The notes under the pieces are model-generated. The model worked only from the letters and a program-made list of their open reading frames with translations, made no database searches and was not told the DNA's origin. A stretch of DNA of 64,000 bases from NCBI GenBank assembly GCA_963707025.1, contig CAVPOM010000005.1:416001-480000 (forward strand), given 5' to 3'. The DNA is from an uncultured Verrucomicrobiae bacterium. GTDB lineage: Bacteria > Verrucomicrobiota > Verrucomicrobiia > Limisphaerales > Palsa-1400. A program made the translations under genes and the position numbers. Below, in pieces: positions 47,588-56,783 of the stretch. Within the stretch, counting starts at the first letter, position 1. Each line of letters begins with the position of its first letter.

Positions 47588-49038
47588 CACAGCCATCCCA
47601 CAGGAAATTGGAAAAAAGTGTTGGCTTGACCATTTGAACCTGCCACAAGGCAGGCATGAAAAACAAAAAAATCAAACCAACACGGTCCCGGTTTAACGTT
47701 TTGCGCCAGATTTGCAATCTCATTCCTGCGCATGAAGTCTCCAAAATAGCGCGGGAGACCGGGGCTCTGGATAAGTCGCGCACCTTCAGTCCGTGGAGTC
47801 ACACGGTCAGTTTGCTGGACGCGCAACTCACCCATTGCATCGGACTCAACGATCTGTGCGACTCGCTGCAATTGCATTCCGGGCCGCTGTCCACTTTGCG
47901 CGGCGCCAGCGCCCCCAGCCGCAACGGCCTCTCCCACGCCAACCGGGAGCGTCCGGCCCAGATGGCCGAACAACTCTTCTGGCGGGTCCTGGAGCATTTG
48001 AAAGCACAGACGCCCGGCTTTGCCGCGGGCCAGCGCCGTGGCCCCGCCTTCCGTTTCAAGATGCCCATCCATGTGATTGATAGCACGACCATGGAACTGG
48101 TGGCCAACTGCCTGGACTGGGCCAAGCACCGCCGGCGCAAGGCCGCCGCCAAAACCCATATGCGGTTGAATCTGCAGAATCTTTTGCCCGGTTTTGTCAT
48201 TGTGGACACTGCCGCCGAGCACGACAACCGACGGGCGCGGGAACTGTGCGCCGACTTGAAGAGCGGCGAAATCGCCTTGTTCGACAAGGGTTATGTGGAC
48301 TTCGGCCACTTGCGGGATTTGGACGGGCGCGGGGTCTTTTGGGTGACGCGGGCCAAGGAGAACATGGGCTATGAGGTGGTGCGGAAAATGCCCGCCTCCA
48401 GAGACCCGAAGATTTTGCGCGACGAAGTGATCGTCCTGAGCAACGAGAACAAACCCGCGCCGGAGTTGATGCGCCGGGTGGTGGCGCTGGTCGAGATTGA
48501 TGGAGAGGAACGGGAAATGACCTTCCTGACCAACAACCTGGAGTGGAGTCCGCGCAGCGTGGCCGACCTTTACCGCTGCCGCTGGCAGATCGAAGTCTTC
48601 TTCAAACAAATCAAGCAGACCTTGCAGTTGGCGGATTTTCTGGGCCACAACGCCAACGCCGTGCGCTGGCAGGTGTGGACGGCGCTGTTGACCTACGTGC
48701 TGTTGCGCTACCTCAGTCACCTCTCCAACTGGGCGCACAGCTTCACCCGGCTGTTCACGATTTTGCGGGCGGCGCTCTGGGAGAAATATGATCTGCTCAA
48801 TTTGCTGGCGTGCTATGGGACAGCAGGCGGCAGCTTTCGCCACTTGGCGCGGCCCGAGCAGGCGTATTTCCCCGGCTTCCAATAAAGCTATGGGACAGCA
48901 CACGCGCCCAAACAGGCGCATACCAAACCCAAAAGCCAAACTCGGAAAAATCAAAATCTCATTTTACCCCGAAGACCAATTAAACCCTTGCAAATGAACA
49001 GGTCAGCACCAGACTTTTCCCCTTATGAGACGGGTGTG
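47588..49038 (+). mobile_element. IS4-family insertion sequence
   Basis: Imperfect TIRs CACAGCCATCCCACAG / TTATGAGACGGGTGTG (11/16); interrupts the RHS core. Confidence 0.8.
47656..48885 (+). CDS. IS4-family DDE transposase
   Basis: [26 protein letters not shown] (YREK signature). Confidence 0.92.
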   Translation: MKNKKIKPTRSRFNVLRQICNLIPAHEVSKIARETGALDKSRTFSPWSHTVSLLDAQLTHCIGLNDLCDSLQLHSGPLSTLRGASAPSRNGLSHANRERPAQMAEQLFWRVLEHLKAQTPGFAAGQRRGPAFRFKMPIHVIDSTTMELVANCLDWAKHRRRKAAAKTHMRLNLQNLLPGFVIVDTAAEHDNRRARELCADLKSGEIALFDKGYVDFGHLRDLDGRGVFWVTRAKENMGYEVVRKMPASRDPKILRDEVIVLSNENKPAPELMRRVVALVEIDGEEREMTFLTNNLEWSPRSVADLYRCRWQIEVFFKQIKQTLQLADFLGHNANAVRWQVWTALLTYVLLRYLSHLSNWAHSFTRLFTILRAALWEKYDLLNLLACYGTAGGSFRHLARPEQAYFPGFQ

Positions 49039-50276
49039 TATTTGGTCGAGAAGAAGAATGGATTGATAAGCGCCAATGGGCCGGTGGCGCGGATGAGTTC
49101 GCCAAAGGCCCCGTATTCGCATTGTTCCGCGATACTCCCGTTCGCAGCATTCACCAACGCCGTGACATTGCCATTCCCGTCATAACAGTAGAAATACGTC
49201 CCCGCATTCGCGCCGCTATAAACCCTCATCGAAATTAGCCCGCCCACGCCGCCTGCCCCTTGAGGCGAACCGCTCAGGTCCAGCCCCCATACGAACGAAT
49301 AGACCAGGTTGTCCCCGCCGTCCAATATCGCAACCACGTTCCAGCCGTCATAAACAAACCTGTTTGTAGAGGAATAAACCCAGCCGCTTCCGTTGTTGGT
49401 CGAAACAATCTTCTGGATGCGGCGGCCTATGTAATCATACGTGAAAGCAAGGTTCAACAATGACCCGCTTGGGCTGCCGCTCAGACTTGTCATGTTGGTC
49501 AGGCGGTTCTCGGCGTCCCAAGCATAGCTCCAACGACCATCACTGGTCTGATTTCCATCCAGATCGAAGCCGTAGGTCTCTGGCGTCTGGGGCAGGAAAA
49601 CGTGGCCGATGTTGGTCGTGCCAAACTCGGCGTTGGTCCCGTTGGTCAATGCGGCCAAAGTCGTCACCGTTTGATAGACCGGGCCGGCGGTGTTGGTAAT
49701 CGGCAGTTGCCGCCAGAAATAATTCGTCTTGCGATAGGCCAGGGTTTGGTCCACCCACACGGTCGCCGTGTTGGTCGCGCTGCCGATAATGTCCACCGCG
49801 CCCGGAACCGTCCGACTCGCGTATTCGTTCAAACTGTTGGCGCTGTAACTGGCCTGGCGCTGGTTGGCCCCGTTTTGATCCCCCCCAGCCAACGTCATCC
49901 GGCGGTTGCCGATGTTGTCGAAACCGTAACCGAACTGCTGCCCCGCCACCACCGAATTGTCCGGCCATTTCTTCACCGCATTAGTCACCTGGCCGAGGGC
50001 ATCATACCCATACACCCAATAGGTATTGTCCACAACCGTCACCGCCGTCTTCTGGTTGGCCGCATTGTACTGGTACAGGTAATTAACCACAGATGACCCG
50101 GATGACACTGATGAGATCGCTGTCAGGCGGTTCAAAAAATCGTAACTGTTGCTCGTCGTCATTACCGTCGTTGCATTGCTCGCAAAGGTAATATGATCCA
50201 CCAAAGGCGAATTGGCAAGATACGAATACGTGGCCGAATTGGTGCCGTCGGAGACCTCTGCCGCTGCAACATCCAT
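49039..50276 (-). pseudogene. RHS module 1, 5' part (orphan, IS-interrupted)
   Basis: YD repeats, WDAENRL, FVYDGWN, QGAGGVGGL, YGAFGE...NPFFFSTKY, then the IS. Confidence 0.85.
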
Positions 50277-50291
50277 TTCGTAGGCGCGATA

Positions 50292-50756
50292 CTAATGGTT
50301 GCCCTCCAGTTTCTGCATCGGAATGAGAAAACAGCCATTGGTCAAAACTCCTCCTGTGAGCTTCCCTTCGAGTATGAACTGACCTTTGTATTCGTCGTCA
50401 AAATCGGTAATCCGCCCTGACAAGCCTAAACCATACATACCACTGTAATCTCCGTAGACGTTAGAGTATCCCGTGCATTTCAAAGTGAACCTGGTCGACC
50501 AATTCTTGTGAAGCCCGGCGATTTTAATGACGCCGTCATCACCCGATGGTGGAAGGTTCGAGGGGCCGGAGGACAATGACTTGGCGAACATCGCGTCTCG
50601 GTCCTGCCTCCACTCCGTCGTCACCCCTGCCAACGGCTCTTTGGTAGCGGCGTCAACGGCCCTAAAGCAAAGCGTGTGAGTGCAACCCATCGCCAACAAT
50701 GACAGGGTTCCCAACACGATTACCATCCGGACAGGAGAAGGAAGATTTCGATTCAT
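50292..50756 (-). CDS. Putative immunity lipoprotein for the lipase-like toxin
   Basis: Starts 4 nt after the toxin stop; LSLLAMGC lipobox. Confidence 0.65.
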   Translation of the reverse strand: MNRNLPSPVRMVIVLGTLSLLAMGCTHTLCFRAVDAATKEPLAGVTTEWRQDRDAMFAKSLSSGPSNLPPSGDDGVIKIAGLHKNWSTRFTLKCTGYSNVYGDYSGMYGLGLSGRITDFDDEYKGQFILEGKLTGGVLTNGCFLIPMQKLEGNH

Positions 50757-50760
50757 AGGG

Positions 50761-52670
50761 CTAGTCCTTCAACACCTTGATCAGCCCCGCTTTGTAGATG
50801 CGTACAATATTGACGTGATTAATGCCGTTATCCTTCGGCCCTGGATTTACGTCCACTTGATCGGGTAGAAGCTTCGGGTTGCCCTTAAGAGGAATCCCGT
50901 GGATATGTATCCCGTGATAGACAGTGTTTCCATGGGTTTCATACCGGCTACTGAATTTTGTGACGCAGCTTGGTACGCTGGTGGGCGGCAATCGAAGCTT
51001 GGCTACCGGATCAATCACGTAGACATCTATTTCATGATTCCGCAGTGAAGAACGGCCAAGCCACCGTGACAGTTTGACAGCGGAAATACCACCCCAACTA
51101 TAGCCAAAAATCTTGATCGGCTCGGTGGGATTGAGGTTGCAATCGCCTGTGCCGGGTTCGGCGAGGAAATACTTGAGGAGATATTGATACGGATCCATTA
51201 TGTCGAGGGAACGGTATATGTGATCTCCGGCCCCAACGGCATCCGCAATTTCCTTCATTTGCTTATTGGCCGCGTTTGGAAAATTCCACCATGTGTCAGC
51301 CCCGTAAAATCCAACGATGACAAGTCCCAAATCATCAATCTGGTCAACAGGGTCATTCCCCACAAAGCCATACAGATTCGGCCCTCCTTCATCTTCCTCT
51401 GCCGGGTCCCGTCCAATCCAGCGTCCTGTTGAGGGGTTGTAATATCTGGCACCGTAGTAATAAAGGCCGGACTCCCAATCGTAAAACTTGGTGGAGAACA
51501 TGAAGGGGTTGAGCTTCGCCATGGGGCCTGTTGCTCTGATGACTTCACCGAAGGGGCCATATTCGTAATTGGCGGAAACGGCTCCTGTCGCGGCATTGAC
51601 AAGCGCAGTCACGTTTCCATTTCCATCATACGCGACAAAATGTACTGCGTTGCTCACGATGTTCTCAGTCAGCAAACCGCCTACACCTCCGGCGCCCTGC
51701 ATGTTCCCGCTCAGATCCGTTCCCCAGACGAATGAAGCCAGGAGAGCGGATGCAGGATTGAGAATCGCCACCGGATTCCATCCGTCATACACAAAACGGT
51801 TGGTGGATTGGGCGGCATAGCTCGTCCCGCTGTTCGTGGTCGTCGAAACAATCTTTTGAACCCTCCGCCCCATGTAATCGTACGTGAAATCCAATTTGTA
51901 CTGCGACGCGGCCGGGGTGTTGGTCAGGCTGGTCATGTTGACCAAGCGATTCTCCCCGTCCCAAGCGTAGGTCCAACGCCCGTCATTGGTCATGTTCCCA
52001 TCCGCATCATACCCGAATGTCTCCGGGTTCTTCGCCACAAACACGCTCCCCGCCACCGTCGTCTGCCCCGGCGCCGTCACCGTCACATTCGTCCACAACG
52101 CCGCCGAGGTGTTGTTGACCGCCAACTGCTCCCGGAAATACTCCCACTTCTGATACGCCGCCTGCCCGTTCACGCTCACTGTGTTGGTCGCCAGGCCCAG
52201 CCCCATCACGTCCGCATATCCCGGCACCCCGCGGCTGGCGATCTGGTTGAGCAGGTTGTTCGTGTAACCGGCCGCGCGCAGATTCGCCCCGGTCTGGTCG
52301 CCCCCGGTCTGCATCCCCGTGCGGTTGCCGATGGTGTCGAAGGCGTAAGCAAACTGTTGCCCCGCGTAAGGGGTACCGTCCCAGAAGTATTTCTTGGCGC
52401 TGGTCAATTGCCCCAGCGCGTCATACCCATAGAGCCAATAACTCCCGTCAATCAGCGTGACCCGCGTGCGCTGGCTCGCGGCGTTGTATTGGTAATTGAA
52501 ATTCAGTGCCGAGGTATTCCCCGTCAGGCGGTTGACATAATCGTATGTGTTCTGATTGGTCATCACGGCGGCGCCGTTGTGCGCAAAGACAATATGGTCC
52601 ACCAGCGCCGAATTGGCAAGGTACGAATACGTCGCGGAATTCGTTCCGTCCGAGACCACGCGAAGGCGCG
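50761..52670 (-). CDS. Orphan RHS module 2 with alpha/beta-hydrolase (lipase-like) toxin; 5'-truncated at motif C
   Basis: RHS core [15 protein letters not shown]...DPVDQIDDLG; CT has GYSWGG, IDPV, INH. Confidence 0.85.
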
Positions 52671-52693
52671 AAGGGGTCAAACCATGTATTTGC
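52671..52693 (-). repeat. TGACCCC end motif C
   Basis: Reverse complement GCAAATACATGGTTTGACCCCTT; RHS coding (SRLRVVSDG) starts immediately after it. Confidence 0.85.
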
Positions 52694-53129
52694 ACAATGC
52701 AAACCGCATCCGATTGCGCATCAATGGCTTACAAGCCTCAGACGATGCGAATTCTCGCTGGCAAAACGCGGAATGGCACATTTGCATTTGTTCAAGGCTT
52801 AGGATTCTGCCCCGCCATGATTCTGCCGCCTCTCCATCGGCTATTACATGCACGCCGGCGGGCACGGGACCATTGCGTCGGACTGGGATGTTTTCCTCAA
52901 GTTCATGAAAACGCACTTGCAACCGGGAACCTGACCTCTCATCTCATTTCTAACTCCCCTTGCCCGGCGGCGGCGCCGCTTCATCCAGGTCGAGGCGGAG
53001 GTCATCGTAGATGACGCCGGCATTTCCCCGGCCCATCGCATAGCGTATCTCGATGTCCAAAATAAAATTCGTTTTCGGCCGCGCTCGTCAAGTCTCTTGC
53101 TCCGTCTTGGGCGCTTGCGCTGCAACGCG

Positions 53130-53231
53130 GGTCTCTCCACCAGCACCGTTAGTCTCGACGCCAAAATACTGCGCACGGCGTTGAACAGGGCGCGCCGGCA
53201 AGGGCTGATCCCCACCAACCCCGCCGAGGCC
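53130..53231 (+). pseudogene. Tyrosine integrase core-binding-domain fragment
   Basis: GLSTSTVSLDAKILRTALNRARRQGLIPTNPAEA. Confidence 0.55.
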
Positions 53232-53354
53232 GGCGCGTCTGTGGTTCCGACTGAGCTATCGCCGGTCGCATGCAAACCATTTTCTCCCTTTTGATTTGCA
53301 AATCGCGAATCAACAGGCCCGGTCATCTCAAGTTGTCTCAAACCGCTCATCTGT

Positions 53355-54041
53355 TTACAACCGCCTCGCATGTATCTGCGAATACATTTCAATCTTGTCG
53401 GCCAGGCTGGAGGCGCCCGCGCTGCGCGGAACTTTATGGCCGAACAAGATGTCATCCATGCTCAGGCGTTGCCCGTAATAGACGCGGTTGGCCTCGTCCG
53501 CCGGCGAAACGACCCCTCCTTTGATAGCTGCGCCTGCGTAAAGTCCTTGCCGATCGTCATAGACCAGGACCGATGGCGACGCCTGCGGCCCTGCTTCGAC
53601 GCCGCCGCTTTTATTGCCAGCCGTGCCGCGCGCTTCACCGCCGAACTCAAACTTCTGATCCAGCAACATCCGGGGGGCATTGGTGGTCATCAGGAGCACA
53701 ATGCAGAAGTGCTGTTCTGCACCAACCTGGAATCCCAAGCTGGCCTCATTGGCGTCCAGAAACGCGACCGGGCTCCATTTATCCAGCTTCGCATCCTTGA
53801 CCAGGGCCACCCCGCCACCGCCTTGATAGGCGAAGAGGAAGCCGGCTTTGGTGCGATCGAGGAGGATGATGCCTTGCGCCTGGCGCAGGGTTTCCGCCGG
53901 GATGCATTTGTCCGGCTGGTGTTGAAATGCGTCAAACTTATCCGTGAGTGCGCGGAGGCGGTTGTCCAACTCCTGCGGCTCAATGGCCAGCGCCGCAGTG
54001 GCCAAGCCCAGTAATACCAAACCAATGATTTTAGTTTTCAT
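53355..54041 (-). CDS. YSC84/SYLF lipid-binding domain protein, secreted
   Basis: Signal peptide; IPAETLRQAQG, KAGF, WSPVAF, SLGFQVG, GLYAG, NRVYYG. Confidence 0.82.
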   Translation of the reverse strand: MKTKIIGLVLLGLATAALAIEPQELDNRLRALTDKFDAFQHQPDKCIPAETLRQAQGIILLDRTKAGFLFAYQGGGGVALVKDAKLDKWSPVAFLDANEASLGFQVGAEQHFCIVLLMTTNAPRMLLDQKFEFGGEARGTAGNKSGGVEAGPQASPSVLVYDDRQGLYAGAAIKGGVVSPADEANRVYYGQRLSMDDILFGHKVPRSAGASSLADKIEMYSQIHARRL

Positions 54042-55408
54042 AGAATCTCAATCGGCTCCAAGTCCATCTTCTTGCGCTTGCGATAGACGGTGGCTTGATC
54101 TATCCCCAACACCCGGGCTGCTTCGGTGATGCTGCCCGTCCGTTCGAGCACTTTGCGGATGTGCGCTTCCTCCAACTTCTCCAGCGATACCATGTCCCCA
54201 GGCTGCGGTGATGTGGGCGTGGCCGCCAAGGCACTCTGTTCCTCCAACGGCAAATTTTCCGCTCCGATGTTTTCGTCGTTGCGCGCCAAGATCACTGCCC
54301 GCTCAATGGCGTTGCGCAATTCCCGCAAGTTGCCGGGCCAAGCATGCCGCCGGATCCGCCGCAGCGCTTCCGCGGAGAATCCACGCGCTTTCCGGCCGCA
54401 CTGAGCCGTAAAATGCTTCAGAAAATGCTCCGCAAACCGCTCCAGATCTCCGGGCCGGTTCCGCAACGGCGGCACCTCGACCGCAATGACGTTTAACCGG
54501 GAGTACAGATCTTCCCGAAACTGCCCCTGGCCGATGAGCTTCTTCAGGTCCCGGTTGCTCGCCGCGATCACCCGCAACTCCGCCTGCCGCGTCACATTCT
54601 CCCCCAACCTCTCATACTCCCGCTCCAGCAACAACCGCAACAGCTTGGGCTGTATCTCCATCGGCAAAGCGCCGATCTCGTCCAAAAACAACGTTCCGCC
54701 ATGCGCCTCCTTCACCTTCCCCCAGTGATCCCGCACCGCCCCGGTAAACGCGCCTTTGACGTGCCCAAACAAATCGCTTTCCAGCAATTCGCGGGAAAGA
54801 CCGGGACAACTGACCGTCACGAGAGGCTTGTCAGCCAAATGGCTTTTTTGATGGATGACGCGCGCGAGAAGGCTTTTGCCCGTGCCGCTTTCCCCAAGCA
54901 GCAACACCGAGGCCGAAGTCCGCGCCGCCGTCTCCACCATCTCCATGACCTCCCGCATCGGCCCGGTGGCAAAATCCAGCAGCAACTCCGGATTCTCCAT
55001 CCTGCTCTCCTTCACTTCCCTTTCCAGCCGCTCAATGCGCCGGCTCATCTGGCTGAACCGCTGCAGGCGGGCCAGCACCCGGTGGAACTGCTCGCGCGCA
55101 AAGGGTTTCTCCATGAAATCCACCGCCCCGCGCCGCATCGCCTCCACCGCCAAGTCCAGGCTCCCCTGAGCCGTCAACATCACGACCGCCAGGCTCGCCT
55201 GGCTGCGCAACATTTGTGCCGGCAAATCCAACCCGCTCTCCTCACCCAGGTTCGCATCCAGCAACACCGCGTCAAAATTCTCCTCCTTCAATTTATCCAG
55301 GGCCGCCGGACCAGACCCCGCAGGCTGGGCATAGTGCCCCTCCTCCTCGATCAGCAGACTCGCCGCATCCCGAAACGTCTTGTCGTCATCTACTACCAGA
55401 AAGTCCAT
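54038..55408 (-). CDS. sigma54-dependent response regulator (AlgB-like)
   Basis: MDFLVVDDD, GESGTGKS, LFGHVKGAFTGA, WPGNLRELRN, HTH. Confidence 0.9.
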   Translation of the reverse strand: MDFLVVDDDKTFRDAASLLIEEEGHYAQPAGSGPAALDKLKEENFDAVLLDANLGEESGLDLPAQMLRSQASLAVVMLTAQGSLDLAVEAMRRGAVDFMEKPFAREQFHRVLARLQRFSQMSRRIERLEREVKESRMENPELLLDFATGPMREVMEMVETAARTSASVLLLGESGTGKSLLARVIHQKSHLADKPLVTVSCPGLSRELLESDLFGHVKGAFTGAVRDHWGKVKEAHGGTLFLDEIGALPMEIQPKLLRLLLEREYERLGENVTRQAELRVIAASNRDLKKLIGQGQFREDLYSRLNVIAVEVPPLRNRPGDLERFAEHFLKHFTAQCGRKARGFSAEALRRIRRHAWPGNLRELRNAIERAVILARNDENIGAENLPLEEQSALAATPTSPQPGDMVSLEKLEEAHIRKVLERTGSITEAARVLGIDQATVYRKRKKMDLEPIEIL

Positions 55409-55465
55409 AGAAACAGGGGGCGCATACGCGGTTGCTGCGCTCCATTTGCGCCTTTGGTTGATGCC

Positions 55466-55481
55466 AGCGAAATCCATGCCA
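55466..55481 (-). promoter_or_regulatory. sigma54 promoter
   Basis: TGGCATGGATTTCGCT (GG-N10-GC) on the minus strand. Confidence 0.6.
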
Positions 55482-55525
55482 TGCAGAAGAGCAGCAGCCT
55501 GCAAGGAGGATTCAACCGGCCGCCG

Positions 55526-55765
55526 TTGCATTTTGCGAAAACGATCTCGCTATTCGCCGCATTCTGCAACGATCCATCAGCGCGGAGTGAAATTCGGATC
55601 GAGCCAGTACTTCAGAATAATCGCTTTCCAGTTCGATCCTGCCAAAAATGGATGCCCCGAATCATGACCAACTTTTCCTGAGCGCGCATCACATCGCTCC
55701 TGATTCGGGGAACGCGAGAATTGCAGAATGCAGGCTTGGCGCAAGCCGAACATGGCAAAATGCAG
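55526..55765. promoter_or_regulatory. Two pairs of putative activator binding sites
   Basis: TTGCATTTTGCGA 55526, CCGCATTCTGCAA 55557, TTGCAGAATGCAG 55721, TGGCAAAATGCAG 55753. Confidence 0.55.
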
Positions 55766-55842
55766 AGGTCGCGCAGTTCTCTGCCCGAGGCAAACTAACG
55801 CAGCGCCCCGTGCGGTGACGGTTTTTCGGACCTCGAACAGTT

Positions 55843-55858
55843 TGGCATAGTTCCCGCT
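55843..55858 (+). promoter_or_regulatory. sigma54 promoter
   Basis: TGGCATAGTTCCCGCT (GG-N10-GC). Confidence 0.6.
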
Positions 55859-55919
55859 TTAGCGTTGTTGGGCACGGCTGCAAGGCAAAGCCCGGAGCGA
55901 TAATCTAAATATCAATCAC

Positions 55920-56771
55920 ATGGACACAGAAATAAAAACGAAGGCGGGTTCTGCGGACTTGCCTCAACCAGGCTCTGGAGCGCCTGCTGCGCGGGCCAAA
56001 TCGAACGTTGTCCTCCTAGTTTTATGGGGGCTAAGCTGCCTAACCTTTGTCTGCATCTTGTGGGCGCAATACCAAAAGCGCGCCGAAGAGACGGAACAGT
56101 CGGTTCAAGCCATCGCCTCGTATTCCAATCATGTCGGCACCCTCGAGGACAAACTGGCCCAGCAAGTCAGCGTCAATAGCACCCTCGAAAGCAACCTCGC
56201 AGCCACCAAACTCAAGGCCTCCAATGATTTGGCCGCCATTGAAACCACCCTTTCCGCCACGACCTCCAGCCTTGAAAAAGCGCATGGCGAGGTCAAGAGC
56301 GCCGAGGCCGCCATGGCCGAGAAAGACAAAAAGATCGCCGATTTGGCGGACCAGAATACCGAGTTGGACAAGGAATCCTACGACTTGCGTGGTTCCATCA
56401 GCATCCTCGAAGGACAAATCGCGGCCACCCAAAAGAAACTGGATTCCTCTGAGGGCGACAAGAAGCTTCTGCTGGCAGAGTTGGCACGCCTCCAGACGCA
56501 AAAGGATGAGTTGGAAAAGAGGCTCAGCGATCTGGCTTTTCTCAAAGCCACGGTCAGGAAGTTGCAGGAGGATCTGGCCATCGCCCGCCGCTTGGACTGG
56601 ATCCGGCGCGGCATCTATGACGCCGTCGCCGAAAAAGGCGGCGAGCGCCTGCTTCATCCGATGCTGGCAGGTTCAGCCGCTGCCAACAACGCCCTGGACG
56701 TGGGCCTCCAGCAGAATGGCGGCGTCATGATCAACCCGCCCCCCTCCACCAATTCCCCGGCCGCCAGATAA
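55920..56771 (+). CDS. Membrane-anchored coiled-coil protein
   Basis: N-terminal TM helix followed by long heptad repeats. Confidence 0.7.
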   Translation: MDTEIKTKAGSADLPQPGSGAPAARAKSNVVLLVLWGLSCLTFVCILWAQYQKRAEETEQSVQAIASYSNHVGTLEDKLAQQVSVNSTLESNLAATKLKASNDLAAIETTLSATTSSLEKAHGEVKSAEAAMAEKDKKIADLADQNTELDKESYDLRGSISILEGQIAATQKKLDSSEGDKKLLLAELARLQTQKDELEKRLSDLAFLKATVRKLQEDLAIARRLDWIRRGIYDAVAEKGGERLLHPMLAGSAAANNALDVGLQQNGGVMINPPPSTNSPAAR

Positions 56772-56783
56772 AGTCCCACACGG

